From: Octopus sinensis
Taxonomy: Eukaryota
Assembly (NCBI RefSeq): GCF_006345805.1
Contig: NC_043001.1
Coordinates: 55,924,001-55,988,000, forward strand
Direction: 5' to 3'
DNA: 64,000 nucleotides
In this document: piece by piece, positions 51,079-64,000 of the stretch
Numbering within the stretch: the first letter of the stretch is position 1
Layout: every line of letters starts with the position of its first letter
Translations under genes and position numbers: made by a program
The notes under the pieces: generated by a model
Seen by the model: the letters and a program-made list of their open reading frames with translations, nothing else
Databases searched by the model: none
Told to the model about the DNA's origin: nothing

Positions 51079-53213
51079 AATTGAAAGAATCAGAGCTCAA
51101 TACATAAAGCAGAGTCTATATGATCATTTTGTTAGCTGAAATTTTGACATGAATGACCTAAAGGCTTAGTTTCACATCAAGTTAGATATCAAAGTGTTTG
51201 ATAAATGCTTCAACACAAATGCATAATCTTTGGTGTATGCAGGAAAGACAACAGTACTAGTTGTGCTGAGTTCAACATGTAGAGTATGCTGTCAGTGGAA
51301 GAGATCCCAGGAATGGAAAGAGGTTGAAAGGGGAAAACACAAGATAAATTGGGTAGGTCAGATCTCAGTTTGATATCAGGCCTCACAGACAAGATGACAT
51401 AAAAATTAAGTTGAGTATCAAAATTTACTAATGGAGCAGAACTCATGCTAGACATGAAAAACAGATTCTAAATTGTTTTATACCACTTTGTTGCCATTGC
51501 TAACACCTCAACTACAACAGCAACAACAATCATCATCACTATCATAAACAACAATAGCAATAAAGGCCTGTATAGTTTCAATATGTGTCTGCTGAAATTA
51601 ATTTTACATTTGAGGCTTCTGGAGTTGTGCTTTCAACCAGATACGAGAAAAGGCAACATGTTTAAACACCTTTAAATCCAGACAAAATAGAAATGCAAGT
51701 CCAGTTGTTTATTTATATTTACTGTCTTTCTCACAGACCAACTGTGCATTCAACAACACTTTATTATCACTACTAACCACTTACTCCTAAGTTTTATTTA
51801 ATTTTTATTATAGATGTTACATTTGCCATTGGCACTTGGAACTTCCTTAACTAAATTTCACCTGCACACAGGTACAGGTACCTAACTTCCATAATTATCC
51901 CTCTCACTTGAAGATGTCTGCAGTAAATTTTACAGCCCACACTATGTACTTACTCCCAAAAAACATACAGCTTGCTAAAAATCCTTTTGCTGCTCATATT
52001 TTTATTTCAACTTATAAAACTTTACTTATATACATACACACACAAGTATGCATGCACACACACACACACACACACGTGCATGTGTATGAAATTGTTCAGC
52101 CATATAAGAAGGTTGCTTTAAAACTATGCTACATTGGCGTCCCGCCAAGATTTCCCAACCCCAACATCTCAGGGTAGACCATCTAAGAAGTGAACCTCTT
52201 AGATCTGTGAAGATACAGAATTACTGCTCACAGTTATGGGGAAAGGTAGGGCATCTGATTGAAGTGGGTAGTCGAGAGCCACCCAACAAGCAGGAGCAAA
52301 CAAAAGTCTAGAGTAGTGGTTCTCAACTTAAAATACCTGAAAATACAGGTTAATTGCATAATCTAGATCCTAGTCTATCTATAAGGTCTGTATATTTTTA
52401 AAGCTGAATCCATGATATAAAGACCTAAAATTACTCCCAACTATGAAAGACCAGCATCCTAGCCAAAGAGATTATGTATCCCTCATCTTTTTACTGCCAT
52501 GAAAAGAGGTGAGAGAACATACGATAATTATATGGAAGGAGAGAGAGAGGGAGACTACAATATGACTTTCTGCAGCTGTTTTAAAATAGCTTACATCTGA
52601 CATCTTTACTTTTTGTATAATCATCCCTGACTTATCTCTCTACCATCAACCACGTACACACATCCTACTCTTGTAAAACCTGTCAGCTATTCTTCTCGTA
52701 TATCTAACAGTTGCAGTTACTCTCTATCTCTCCGCACATCCTTAATTATTTAGCTTTTATTCAGGAAAGCTTCAAAAGCAATGAGATTAAAAAGAAGAAG
52801 ACATTCAGAAAATGACAAAATTTTGTAAATTTTGAAGAAATCTGGTTATTGCAACTGCTGTTGTTACAATAAGGATTGTGCAGACTTAGATCAAAGGTGT
52901 TCCAACAATGACCATACTGTCACTTTGTTAAACTGTATATTTCCAATACGCCCAGTTTTGTGGTTGAACTGGTTGTGATTTTGTAGAGATTTGACTGCTA
53001 TTTCTTGCTGGCTGAGATCACCTGCAACACTATCTTCAGTTTTGTTGTTGCTGTTGTTTAACCTCAGTCACGACTGAACAGATCTATATCTATTGTTAAA
53101 CACATTCTTGCTGTAATCATCTCGTCTTGTTTAAAACATGCACTTCATAGGACTACACTACCCAGTGTGTGTCTTTCATTCAACCACCCATTTAAGAATT
53201 TCTTCAAAAGGGT

Positions 53214-53617
53214 GAGTGGCTGTGTGGTAAGTAGTTTGCTTACCTACCACATGGTTCTGGGTTTATTCCCACTGCATGGCACCTTGGGCAAGTGTCTTCT
53301 ATTATAGCCTCGGGCCGACCAAAGCCTTGTGAGTGGATTTAGTAGACAGAAAGCGAAAGATGCCCGTCGTATATATGTATATATATATATGTATATGTGT
53401 GTATATGTTTGTGTGTCTGTGTTTGTCCCCCCAACATCGTTTGACAACCGATGCTGGTGTGTTTGCGCCCCCGTAACTTAGCGGTTTGGCAAAAGAGACT
53501 GATAGAATAAGTACTTGGCTTACAAAGAATAAGTCCTGGGGTCAATTTGCTCGACTAAAGGCGGTACTCCAGCATGGCCGCAGTCAAATGACTGAAACAT
53601 GTAAAAGAGTAAAAGAG
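53214..53617 (+). mobile_element. Family A bipartite SINE
   Basis: Full structure. Confidence 0.9.
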
Positions 53618-54399
53618 ATAGTTTTACCTGTCTTCAGAAAAAATAACAAAATAAAACAAACAAAAAAAAAGGCGACCTAACATATTGCTATTTGCTTTTT
53701 GTTTCCTTTTATAAGTAAGACATGATTAATATATTGGTTTCAGATCTTGGCACGAGGCCAGCAATTTTAGGGAGGGGATGAGACAATTACATCGACTCCA
53801 ACGCTCAACTGATACTTATTTTGTTGACCCCGAAAGGATGAAGGGTAAAGTTGACCTTAATGACATCGACATATAATTAATATATTGATGACTTCTATGT
53901 CTGCCCAACCGAGCGGTGTATGCTTTATTGAGAAGATCTAACCCTAACAGACCACATAGATATGTTTGTTACTTTTACACTCTGATTCTAAAGACAAGAT
54001 CCATTCATTCCCAGTTGCATCATATGTAGTTAAAAAACAGAAAATTCAGTTGACAGAGTCCACTGGAGTTAACTCCCTGGCTTGCTGTTTTCAGATTTTA
54101 AACACCCTCGGGGGATACTATACTAATAGCATGGATAATCTCAGTTAATCGAAAGTTTTCAACTCTCTATATTACACTATCATTTAGTATACAGCACACT
54201 CCCCTGGGGTATTTTCTCTCAACCATACTGTTGATAATTAATGGAATGTTATTAATTAATTCACTGTTTATAAATAATTAAATCGAATCGTTATGATTAA
54301 TTGAATGTTATCACAACTGGAGAGATAAAGGGCAAAAGTAACTCATCCAGGCGGATGAAAGCAATTTCGTTTTTCATGGAAGGGTAGAGTCACAAAGCC

Positions 54400-55270
54400 T
54401 CCCTCTCCCACCACTATCATATGCCAAACGGTAAATGTTGGTTCTTTCTGTGAACCCTAATCTTCCAGACATAAGTAAGGATCACCTTTACCTGCATTCT
54501 CATCCTACTTCACTGCGTCATGAGAGAGACTGGTGATGGATGGGTGGTATGGGAGTACGCTCCCGTTACATGTTTTATCTGATGATAAAAGCAGGCCTTA
54601 AACCCCCACCAGAAAATACAGGAAAAAAAGGAGAGATATGAAAGAAAAGAGGAAGACAAAAAGGACAGAAATAAAAAAAAAACGGGAACTATATTTTTCA
54701 TTCTTAGAACTTTCACCTATAACAAAAATGGCGGTTATTGAAACAGTAGGCGCTTCCAAATGGTCACTTATCCCGCTAAAAATAATAGCCAAATCTCTCT
54801 CTCCCAGATCAATGTAGCGCCTTAAAAAAGAAAGGACATTTTGAATAAATGCGATCTAAGATACAGCGTGTCAGAGAAACAATGGAATGACCATGGTTGA
54901 CATAGATTTTGATCATAGGTCTATTAAATAAGGAAGTAAACAACACGCTCCAACTAATGTTTTGTTTATCCCCAGGTCGTCTCGATTGAGTATAGTTTAT
55001 CTCAGCATTACAATTTTCCATTTTTTTAGAGGAGATAGCATGCGATCCGAAGGCAACTGGCTACTATTTCTAGTGGATCCACCGACTAAATAGAGTAACA
55101 CTCGATCGCTTACCAATTTGAACTTTCTGACACCAGAACTGAAATATCCGAGAGCTCGCTACGTTGCAATTTATAAAAATTATCTTTCTGTCCTTACTCA
55201 CTCGCCCTTTCATTCTCTCGCATCCATGCGCTTCCCCATCTTCTTTCCTCACTCACTCCATTAGTGATAG
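54400..55270. promoter_or_regulatory. Candidate promoter / first-exon region at the CpG boundary
   Basis: CpG-rich unique sequence; YY1-type AAAATGGCGG (54725-34); minus-strand donors CAG|GTAAAG (54491), G|GTAAGC (55113), A|GTGAGT (55201). Confidence 0.4.
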
Positions 55271-55857
55271 AAGCTATAAACTATATAAATCAATGCATTT
55301 ATAAGCTTTAACATCTTATCTCAATTAATTATTTAATAGTATATATATAAACGTATATATAAAGTGTATATATACATATATAAGTGAATAAATGCATATA
55401 TATATATATCTATATATATGTATACATAAGTACATATATATATATCGATTTTTAATCGTGACAATTTTTACACTTTCAAAATCATCGCAGTTTTCAATAT
55501 ATTTGCTTGATTTAACCATCTCTCTCTTCTCTCTCTCGTTCTTCTGTTTTCCCTCTAATTTCAGTAATGTTTGTACCTTTTATTTTTCACTATTTACATG
55601 TTTCTGTAAAATTCCACCATCCCCGCCTTTTTAGTGTTTTATAGTTTACGAAACATATTTATGTCAATATTTTTTTACTCAGGAGATTAATCTTACGTAA
55701 TAATTCTCCTCTAAAATTTTGGAGAGAATTTAAATCTCTAATCTTTATTAAAAGGCCTACTTAATTGCTATTTTCATCTCGTCTTTAAACATTGAACGTT
55801 ATGAGAGAATTTTTTTCAGGGAAAAGCTTAAGACATTAAGTATTGACAGTAAATATA

Positions 55858-55928
55858 TGATGATGATGATGATGATAATGGTGATGACGACAATAATAAT
55901 AATAATAATAATGATAATAATAATAATG

Positions 55929-55975
<47 letters not shown>
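55858..55975. repeat. (GAT)n/(AAT)n microsatellite
   Basis: Directly visible. Confidence 0.97.
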
Positions 55976-55976
<1 letters not shown>

Positions 55977-57244
55977 GTCTGTTGCTTTTTGTTTTAAGTT
56001 GAAAACCGATTGCCTATTTATTAGAAATTAATAACAAATTTATATCAAATTAATTACTTATCCACCACAAATTATTTTTCTATCTGCCTCAAATTAATTA
56101 TACCATTCCACTATGAATTAATTACCAGCTTATTAGAAAGTAATTACTTTCCGAGCCGTATACTTTCCTCGCGCTCTCTCAGGGAAAATGTAGTGACTTG
56201 AAACCTTTGAGATACCAAATAACACTGAATTTAGCAAGAAAGCAGTAAATGTAGGTTTCTTTAAAAAATATAAAAATCCTTTTATTAACTGCGATAACTC
56301 CAGATATTTTCTTTCTTTCTTGTGAAGTGTTAAACAGATGGGATGTGTATTATTTCCCTTGATAAACGTTACTGATTTAAAAGTGGAATTGATTTGTGTT
56401 TTGTTCTGAGCTCAAAGCTTTCTAGTAAGATTTAATTCCTTTTATTGTGCGTGTGAGTGAAAGAAAATAATTTTTTTTGTTTACGCTCTCGTTTCATTAG
56501 CCTTTTTCTGTCATTAGTCCGTTGTTATCTGCCGATCGTGTTGATTATTTCGACTTACCGAGAAAGAGTTAATGAATAAATAAGTCCATCTTCAGACCCA
56601 ACTACCATTCATCGACACACTGCGGTTACAAAGCTATATAATTGGCAGTGATCTCCTCCAAGACATTCAGCTGTCGCACCAACAACTCCAAAATCTGGCT
56701 CAACCGACAATATATGATCCTCCCATCTTTATATCAGGGACTAAATTATACAATGTATGCTTTTTTTGTTAAGACGGTGAGGTGTGATCAGAGAATTTGA
56801 TATTGTTTCTAGGAGGTCAGCATCCACGTAGAGGCTTCCTCTTTGGTTCGTCGCAGGAAGAGTTGAACCCAGCACTGGAAGCTTATGAAGCACTCATCGA
56901 TTTTACAGTGCTGCTGCTGCTTACAGCGGCGAGTTGTTCACACTGTCTGGTATTCCTTTATAGCTAGATGAACTGGGTCGTTTGAAAATTATCATGAATT
57001 CCAATTTGGCAGAAGTGGAGAGATTTAAGCGATTGCCGTATATTACTGATATTAGTTTTATCCAATCCTGAAGGATAAATGATAAAGTCCTCTCTAGCGC
57101 GGATCTGAGCACATACATATGAAGAAACGTAAGTATATACCAAAAGATATTAATTCCGACAATTTATCAATCCTGATATCCTCGCCCCGCACTATGATAA
57201 TAACAATCCTTTCTACTTGAAGCAAAGACTTGAAACTTGAGTAA

Positions 57245-57555
57245 CTGTGCGTAACTGGTACTTATTGCATCGACTTCGAAGGGATGAAAAGCAAAGTCGA
57301 CCTCGGCTGAATTTGAACTCAGAACGTAAAGACGTACGAAATGCCGCTAAACATTATGCCCGGCGTGCTAACGAATCTGCCAGCTCGCCGCTCTTTTAAA
57401 TAATAACTGTTTCGAGTTTTGGCACAAAGCCAGCAATTTCATGACGAGGGATTTAGTCGACTGCATCGATCTCAGTGCTCAACTGGTATTTATTTTATCG
57501 ACCCCGAAAGGATGAAAAGCAAAGTGGACCTCGATAGAATTTGATCTCAGAACGT
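57245..57555 (-). mobile_element. Two adjacent family B SINE copies, CpG-intact
   Basis: 57245-57392 and 57410-57555. Confidence 0.85.
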
Positions 57556-58364
57556 CCGGATGACCTTAAGTGCCCTTATATACAATTCAAAATGCGTCAC
57601 ATTCTCATATAATCTTGCTCAATTTCCTCCACAGTAAGTACAATAATCCTGTAGGGCATTGCCCTTGAGCTCGTAAAAGACGAAGAGTGGACGAGGATTT
57701 TTACAGCAGACTAGTCATTGAACCAGTTGGCAGAAAAAAAGGCACTTCCGGTGAGGCGGACAACAAAACCTGGGCTTTAGAGGTGGATCACTCTTTCTCA
57801 CTTTTGTAAATATTTGACATGCAATAAATAACAGTTCAATAAATCACCGTCTTCCTTCGGTTTCACTACCCCAACTTATTCAGCTTTTCTGTTAGGTTTC
57901 AAATATTGATTCAAGCAACTATGAAATCCAGCTGCTCGTTGGAAGTGGGTTCCTCTTTGTAAAGGACTTCCAGCTTTGTTGAGTGGAATCTGTAAGGACA
58001 ACCTGGTCTTAATGTCTCTCGAACATCACAAGGTTACCTGTAAATGTGCTCCATTGCGGAAATAGGGAGGTCGGTAGGTAAGCTCAGATTCATGATGCAG
58101 GAAAGAAGGTTCAACTGCTACACGTGTGACGGAAAAGGGCAGTTGAAGGGCTTTCTATTTTAAACATCTTTCCACTTTTCTCCAGTGACCATCCCGAATC
58201 GGTCCCAAGCTGGAGAGGGAAACCTCTGGATTTTCGTATTGACGATAATTCTACGTTGGCTATGTCCAGAGTTGCAACCGGCAGGGTCCTGCAAACAGCA
58301 ATCACAACAGCCATAGTATTTACACACACACACACACACACATACACACACACACATATACATA

Positions 58365-58672
58365 CAGGGTGGGTGAAAAGTAAGTAGGCATTAAAAATTG
58401 GTAATAAAATCCATTTTCCGTTCACAAATTTGCTGAAACAAACGATACACGTTCTTTATTACATGGGGAAAATGAAAGTAAATCTTCATATTTCAACGTA
58501 AGCACCAGTGGCGTCATCCAGTTTCCTCAAACGGCCAGGGATGGAATGAACAGCCTTCTGAAGAACGTCGTTTGGGATATCATTGAGAACCTCCTGAATC
58601 CGTCTCCAAGTCCTCCAGTGTGCGAGGTCTTGTCTTGTACACCTTCTCTTTTGTGTAACTCCACAGGTAAAT
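58365..58672 (-). mobile_element. Tc1/mariner 3' fragment (TIR plus transposase C-terminus)
   Basis: TA|CAGGGTGGG end; YLWSYTKEKVY..RIQEVLNDIP..GAYVEI* (one frameshift). Confidence 0.8.
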
Positions 58673-58714
58673 CTCTCTCTCACACACACATACATGCATA
58701 CACAACGGTTTTTT

Positions 58715-58860
58715 TTCAGTATCCATCAACAAATCCATTTAGAAGGCTTAGGTCAGCCAGAGACTACAGTAGAAGACACTTGCTCAAGTTGCCGCGCTGT
58801 GGGACTGAACCCAGAACTATGTGACTGGGAAGCAAGCTTCTTATCACACAGCCACGCCTG
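58715..58860 (-). mobile_element. Family A SINE head
   Basis: Reverse complement of the head. Confidence 0.75.
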
Positions 58861-59610
58861 CACTCTCTACATTTTATGTAAAAAAATTTTTGGAGGTAAA
58901 AATTCAGTGGTGTGTCACTTTTTTTAATAGTTCATTCCTTGGTAAAATCCACCGATCGAGAAGACAATGTCTTTCATAACATACCACAATTTCACTTTTT
59001 CCTTTTCATTGAGTTGGCTGAAGCCCAGTCGCTCTTTTTAACTCAGTTTGCGAAATATGGAATGTTGTTTTTGTGGTGGTGATGTTGTTGTCGTTCGTTG
59101 TTATCCATATTGTTTTTCCAATTCGGATTAACGATGCCAATACTATTTTTCCTTTTCTTTTTTGTCTTTGTCTTCTTCCATTGTACAAGTGTGTTTAAGC
59201 GTGAAACCCTTCTGTATGTTTGAATTCTCATTCTTTGTGTACTTTTTGTTTTTTAATTATGTTCTTTCGTTTGGAAATAATTCTGAGGTATGTTTGTCGA
59301 GGGCACTGCTACAGCTATTGTGGATATCGCTTCTTCCTGTTACTTCTGAAGTTGTTTTCTTGTCATGCATGTAAAATATTGCAAATGGCTGACTGTTTGT
59401 CAAAAATAGCTTTCAGTTTAAAATGTCTAAAGACAAATCTTTATTCTAACCTAGGCAATGGGGGTAGACCCTTAAATGATCTGAAAACCTCCTGTCAGTA
59501 AAACTGGAGGGGGAACAAAAAAAAAAAAAGACACAACTGATTTTTCATCTGGTAATCCGGGAAGAAAATATCTTGTACGCGGAGCTCTGTGAAACGTGAC
59601 GTTCAAAACA

Positions 59611-59647
<37 letters not shown>

Positions 59648-60073
59648 GTAATAGTAATAGTAACCGTAGTAATGATGATGATGATGATGAGAGTTTAGAA
59701 GCAATACATTTATCATGCGAAATTTAGCTGTCAGTTCCTAATCAACAAACTCTTTATTTTCTCTTCGGTTGGGGTGAGGTGTTGGGGTGGGCAACTGAAA
59801 CTTCTGGGATATGGTGTAACAGAGTTTACCATCAGTAAAACTGTTGATGCGTTGCCATGCGTGAGATAGGTTGAATGATCTTCCAAAAAAAAAAAAAAAT
59901 TAAATAAATAAAAAAAGATCAAAGCAGCAAAAACAAAAATGAACGAAAAAGAAATATAAAAATAACAAAGGAAAACATTACTGAAAAAAATACTGTTCAA
60001 ATGTGAAAGACACAATAGAATATTATAGATATTAAGTAGAAAGGGTCGAGTAAAATGAGAGAAACCTCTACGT

Positions 60074-60367
60074 CAGTGATCCTCAACCAGGGCCCATATA
60101 AGATTCTTGGGGACCCACAATGGTATTTTAAGCCACCCCCACCGAAAAGAAAATTTGTAGTGGTATATATGGCAAAAAGCAGTTTGGTTTCTTTCAATAA
60201 TATTTTACATAGTTCAACTTACATAAGTTAATGGGTGAAAAACAAAACAAGAATTTTGAAAGAAGATTCTATAAAACTAATTTCTGAACATCGAATGGCT
60301 ATGGGGTCCACCAAAATAAAATAGTGATCAAAGGGGTCCAGAGACATAAAATGGTTGAGAAACCCTG
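60074..60367. mobile_element. hAT MITE, 294 bp, perfect 8-bp TSD
   Basis: CTCTACGT at 60066-73 and 60368-75; TIRs CAGTGATCCTCAACCA / rc CAGGGTTTCTCAACCA. Confidence 0.92.
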
Positions 60368-60506
60368 CTCTACGTGATCGTTTACTTAAAAGCAAAAGCT
60401 CAGTGGTTGGATAATGTGGCCCAGGGTCATTTTGAGTAAAAAACGTAATAGCCACGTCTGGGACGCTTTTTATCGTAAGTATTTGCCTTATCAAGACTGA
60501 TCTGGG

Positions 60507-60684
60507 CATGTCCGCCATTAAGGAGGTGTGCTGGACGGCACTGCCCCTTCACTTACTCAATGGTGCACCCTCAGATTTACAATGATACACTTATTCAGAA
60601 ACTCCACTTCAGAATTATTACAAATTAGTGCCCACTCAGAATATTGTGAAACACTCCCAGGCACCAAAGTCTGGTGACGGGCTG
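60507..60684. mobile_element. Short MITE-like element (second copy at 61335-61485)
   Basis: Shared CACCCTCAGATTTAC..TTATTACAA.TTAGTGCCCAC..GGCAC.AAAGTCTGG; imperfect TIRs CACGCCCGTCGC/CAGGCCCCTCGC in the second copy. Confidence 0.55.
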
Positions 60685-60707
60685 ACACACATACATACAT
60701 GAGATAG

Positions 60708-60781
<74 letters not shown>

Positions 60782-60872
60782 CATCAGACAGAGAGTTATA
60801 AAGTGGTATTTAGACACTTGGGTTAATTTTATATATACATTAAACAACGTTATTCTCATATGGATATGATCA

Positions 60873-61260
60873 TACTCTTTACTCTTTACTTGTTTCAGTC
60901 ATTTGACTGCGGCCATGCAAATCGACCCCGGGACTTATTCTTTTGTAAGCCAAGTACTTATTCTATCGGTCTCTTTTGCCGAACCGCTAAGTAACGGGGA
61001 CATAAACACACCAGCATCGGTTGTCAAGCAATGCTAGGGGGGACAAACACAGACACAGAAACACACACACGCATATATAAATATATACACATATACGACG
61101 GGCTTCTTTCAGTTTCCGTCTACCAAATCCACTCACAAGGCTTTGGTCGGCCCGAGGCTATAGTAGAAGACACCTGACCAAGGTGCCACGCAGTGAGACT
61201 GAACCCGGAACCATGTGGTTGGTAAACAAGCTACTTACCACACAGCCACTCCTGCGCCTA
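60873..61260 (-). mobile_element. Family A bipartite SINE, CpG-intact
   Basis: Full structure with a small tail deletion. Confidence 0.9.
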
Positions 61261-61674
61261 TACAAATCAAGACACACACAGACATAATTAAGACACATAT
61301 ACGCATCCGCATGGCGCCTGAAATAGACACACACCACGCCCGTCGCTAAACAGGAGCACTGGGCACCACTGTCCCCTCACTATGATGCACCCTCAGATTT
61401 ACCCCACTTTAGTATTATTACAATTTAGTGCCCACCCTGAATATTCTGAAGTAACCTCGGGCACTAAAGTCTGGCGAGGGGCCTGGACCTGTGGCTAAGC
61501 AGTAACGAGGGAAAATGATGTAATTATTGCATTCATGTAGAAGGAAGAAGGTACAGTCCACTGGTAATTGTTTTAATAACCCAGAAGGACGAAAATTATT
61601 ATCGATGACGGCGTGATTTGAAACCGAGAACATAAGGAGTAGTAATTAATCTTTTAATTTTTTACTTGATTCAG

Positions 61675-62020
61675 GCGGTTAGCTGGCAGAAACGTTAGCA
61701 CGCCGGGTGAAATGCTTAGCAGTATTTCGTCTGTCTTTACGTTCTGAGTTCAAATTCCGCCGAGGTCGACTTTGCTTTTCATCTTTTCGAGGTCGATTAA
61801 ATAAGTACCAGTTACGCACTGGCGTCGATACAATCGACTTAATCCGTTTGGCTTTCTTTGTTTGTCCCCTCTGTGTGTAGCCCCTTGTGGGTAGTAAAGA
61901 AATAGGTATTTCGTCTGTCTTTACGTTCTGAGTTCAAATTCCGCCGAGGTCGGGATCGATAAATTAAGTACCAGTTGCGTACTGGGGTCGATCTAATCGA
62001 CTGGCTCGCTCCCCAAATCG
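61675..62020 (+). mobile_element. Dimeric family B SINE
   Basis: Monomer 1 with long tail, then restart at GTATTTCGTCTGTCTTTACG (61907). Confidence 0.85.
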
Positions 62021-62024
62021 TCGA

Positions 62025-62147
62025 GTGAATCGACCACAAGACTTTTTAAAAAACTTTTGTCGATACTTTTGTCGAACCGCTAAGGTACGGGGACATAAAC
62101 ACACCGACACCGGTTGTCAAGCGCTTGTGGGGGGACAAGCACACACG

Positions 62148-62180
<33 letters not shown>

Positions 62181-62330
62181 GACTGGCTTTTTTCCGTTTC
62201 CGTCTACCAGATTCACTCACAAGGCTTTAGTCAGCCCGAGGCTACATAGAAAATAATTGCCCAAGGTGCTCGCTGTGGGACTGAGCCCGGAATCATGTAA
62301 TTGGGAAGCAAGCTTTTTACCATACAGCCA
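62025..62330 (-). mobile_element. Family A SINE, 3'-truncated
   Basis: Head, (CA)n and partial tail. Confidence 0.8.
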
Positions 62331-62404
62331 GGCCCTTACAACAGATAGAAAAGCAATGGTAAAACTTCATGAATGCAAGTAGAAAATACACAGATCTTTT
62401 ATTA

Positions 62405-63085
62405 TTATCTTTTACTTGTTTCAGCCATTAAACTGTGGCCATGGTGGAACATCGCTTTGAAGAAGTTTTGGTTAATGTTTACATCTTGACCAGAAAATGA
62501 AAAATGAAAAAAAATGCTGGAATGGGTGTAAAACTATGTATAGGAAACGAATATAAAAAAAAATGCGTGCAAAGAAACGGAAGGGCGGGGAGAGGACTTT
62601 GGAAAATTCACAAGATCAGAGATTTTCCCTCATAACTTTTAGGAAAATTTTCCGAAGTCTCTCCTCACCCCATTGAAAAAGATTTTCCCCACAAGTTTCT
62701 TTATAATCGTAATGTATGTCGTTTGAAAAGTATTTCTATAAAATTTCACTGAAAAAACCCCATTTTCCTAAAAGTTATGAGGGCAAAACTCGGATCTTTT
62801 GAATTTTCCGAAGTCCTCTCCCCGCCCTCCCGTTGCTTTGCGCGCATTTTTTTTTCATATTCGTTTCCTATACATAGTTTTACACCCATTCCAGTATTTT
62901 AAAAAAATTTCATTTCTGGGTCAAGATATAAACATTAACCGAAGTTTTAGTCTAACGAACCGACCCTCATTACTTATATTTTTTTAAAGCTTAGTACTTA
63001 TTCTATCGGTTGTTTTGCCGAACCGCTAAGTTATTGGGACGTAAATACACCAACACTAGTTATCAAACGGTGGCAAGACGTTCAC
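62405..63085 (-). mobile_element. Family A SINE tail split by a MITE
   Basis: TTTTACTTGTTTCAG..TTGAAGAAGTTTT | insert | GAAGTTTTAGTC..TACTTATTCTATCGG. Confidence 0.75.
62470..62940. mobile_element. 471-bp MITE with about 180-bp TIRs and 8-bp TSD (Mutator- or Merlin-like)
   Basis: Ends GGTTAATG...CATTAACC; GAAGTTTT at 62462-69 and 62941-48; arms about 62470-62650 and 62762-62940. Confidence 0.9.
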
Positions 63086-63091
63086 ACACAC

Positions 63092-63124
<33 letters not shown>

Positions 63125-64000
63125 GCACTGTAACAATACATAAACTCAGCTGATAGCTGGTGGTAGTAGATCCATCTTCATCTCTGAATGAGAAAGGATA
63201 CAGCGTCGTAGCACAACTGTTAGCAAAACTGAAAAAAAGATTGCGAGATTATGCGTAGGAGGGACTTGCAGTTTTGTTAAATACTGAACCTGATATATTT
63301 CAATTAGCAAAATCTCATCAAATACAGGGCAGTCATTTGTTCTTCTTCAATTATTAAATATTGTTTTGGGATTATTATTGTTTTGTTAATTATCTTGAAT
63401 TATTTTACGTAAGTTTGTTTTATTTTCATTCTAAAGGAACCGATTACTAACATCAGAATTTGATTCTTTTATCTAAAGCTATAATTGTAGTTGTAATGTT
63501 GTTTGTTTTGCACTAAAATTAATTTACGTGCAATGGTAAAATAAATCTAAATATGTCATTATATAAAGTCGGCAGAATTCTGGCTAAAGCACACCATTAT
63601 AACCCTTCATAATTTTTTTTTATATTTTGGAAATTTCAGAAAATTGTAGCGAATTTGCGTTTTACACACAGGAATTCATACGATTATGAAAATAAAAAAC
63701 ACCCCCACCCAATTTTTTTGTTTTACCCTTTTCCCCCGTAAATCTTAAATTTTCCACTCTTTTTCGAACTTTTGATTTAATCAGAGTTTAAAATACGGAT
63801 AATCCGAATTTTTGGCTAAAATCATAACAATGCAGTACCCTTGGGTGCATCATCATTCCATTAAATGTGTTTATGGGGAGAAAAATATTGAAAACCATCA
63901 ATACATGTCAACGAGTGACAAAGAAACGAGGAAGATATCAGGTGGTCATAGGATGTGCTAAAACAGCTACACAAAGAAATTCTTTTCATAATCGTATGAA

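Noticed and set aside
56830-58320. Protein-like stretches (LDELGRLK.., DHPESVPSWRG..)
   Set aside because: Interrupted by stops, with no consistent exon chain or recognisable family

Overview
AT-rich, microsatellite-saturated metazoan DNA. The repeat families (tRNA-derived SINEs with Deu/Nin-like and V-like cores, RTE LINE 3' ends with (GAT)n tails, hAT and Tc1/mariner relics) look like an Octopus/cephalopod genome; this is inferred from pattern recognition, not from a search. There is no confidently identifiable protein-coding gene. Almost every listed ORF is a translation of (TA/CA/TG)n tracts, and the only recognisable protein motifs are from decayed transposons (RTE reverse transcriptase with an inserted C4HC3 PHD finger, and Tc1/mariner transposases). 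A few splice-site-bounded open frames are weak exon candidates. CpG content jumps sharply at about 53.7-54.5 kb (near zero to the left, abundant to the right), next to a promoter-like island. This suggests the left about 54 kb is the methylated body (mostly intron) of a large gene. The most interesting signal is a recurrent set of head-to-head inverted duplications that carry minimal type-I hammerhead ribozyme motifs of the Penelope-element kind. One of them (13833-14180) is fused to a tRNA-like Pol III head, i.e. a candidate hammerhead-bearing SINE/retrozyme. A second (25441-25773) carries a hammerhead in each arm. Other notable structures are a 16-unit higher-order (monomer/dimer/tetramer) array inside an RTE 3'UTR, a 1.15-kb tandem triplication, and a long-TIR MITE with a perfect 8-bp TSD. 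Coordinates of decayed repeats are approximate (+/-10-20 bp), and small indels between near-identical copies may be long-read assembly errors.
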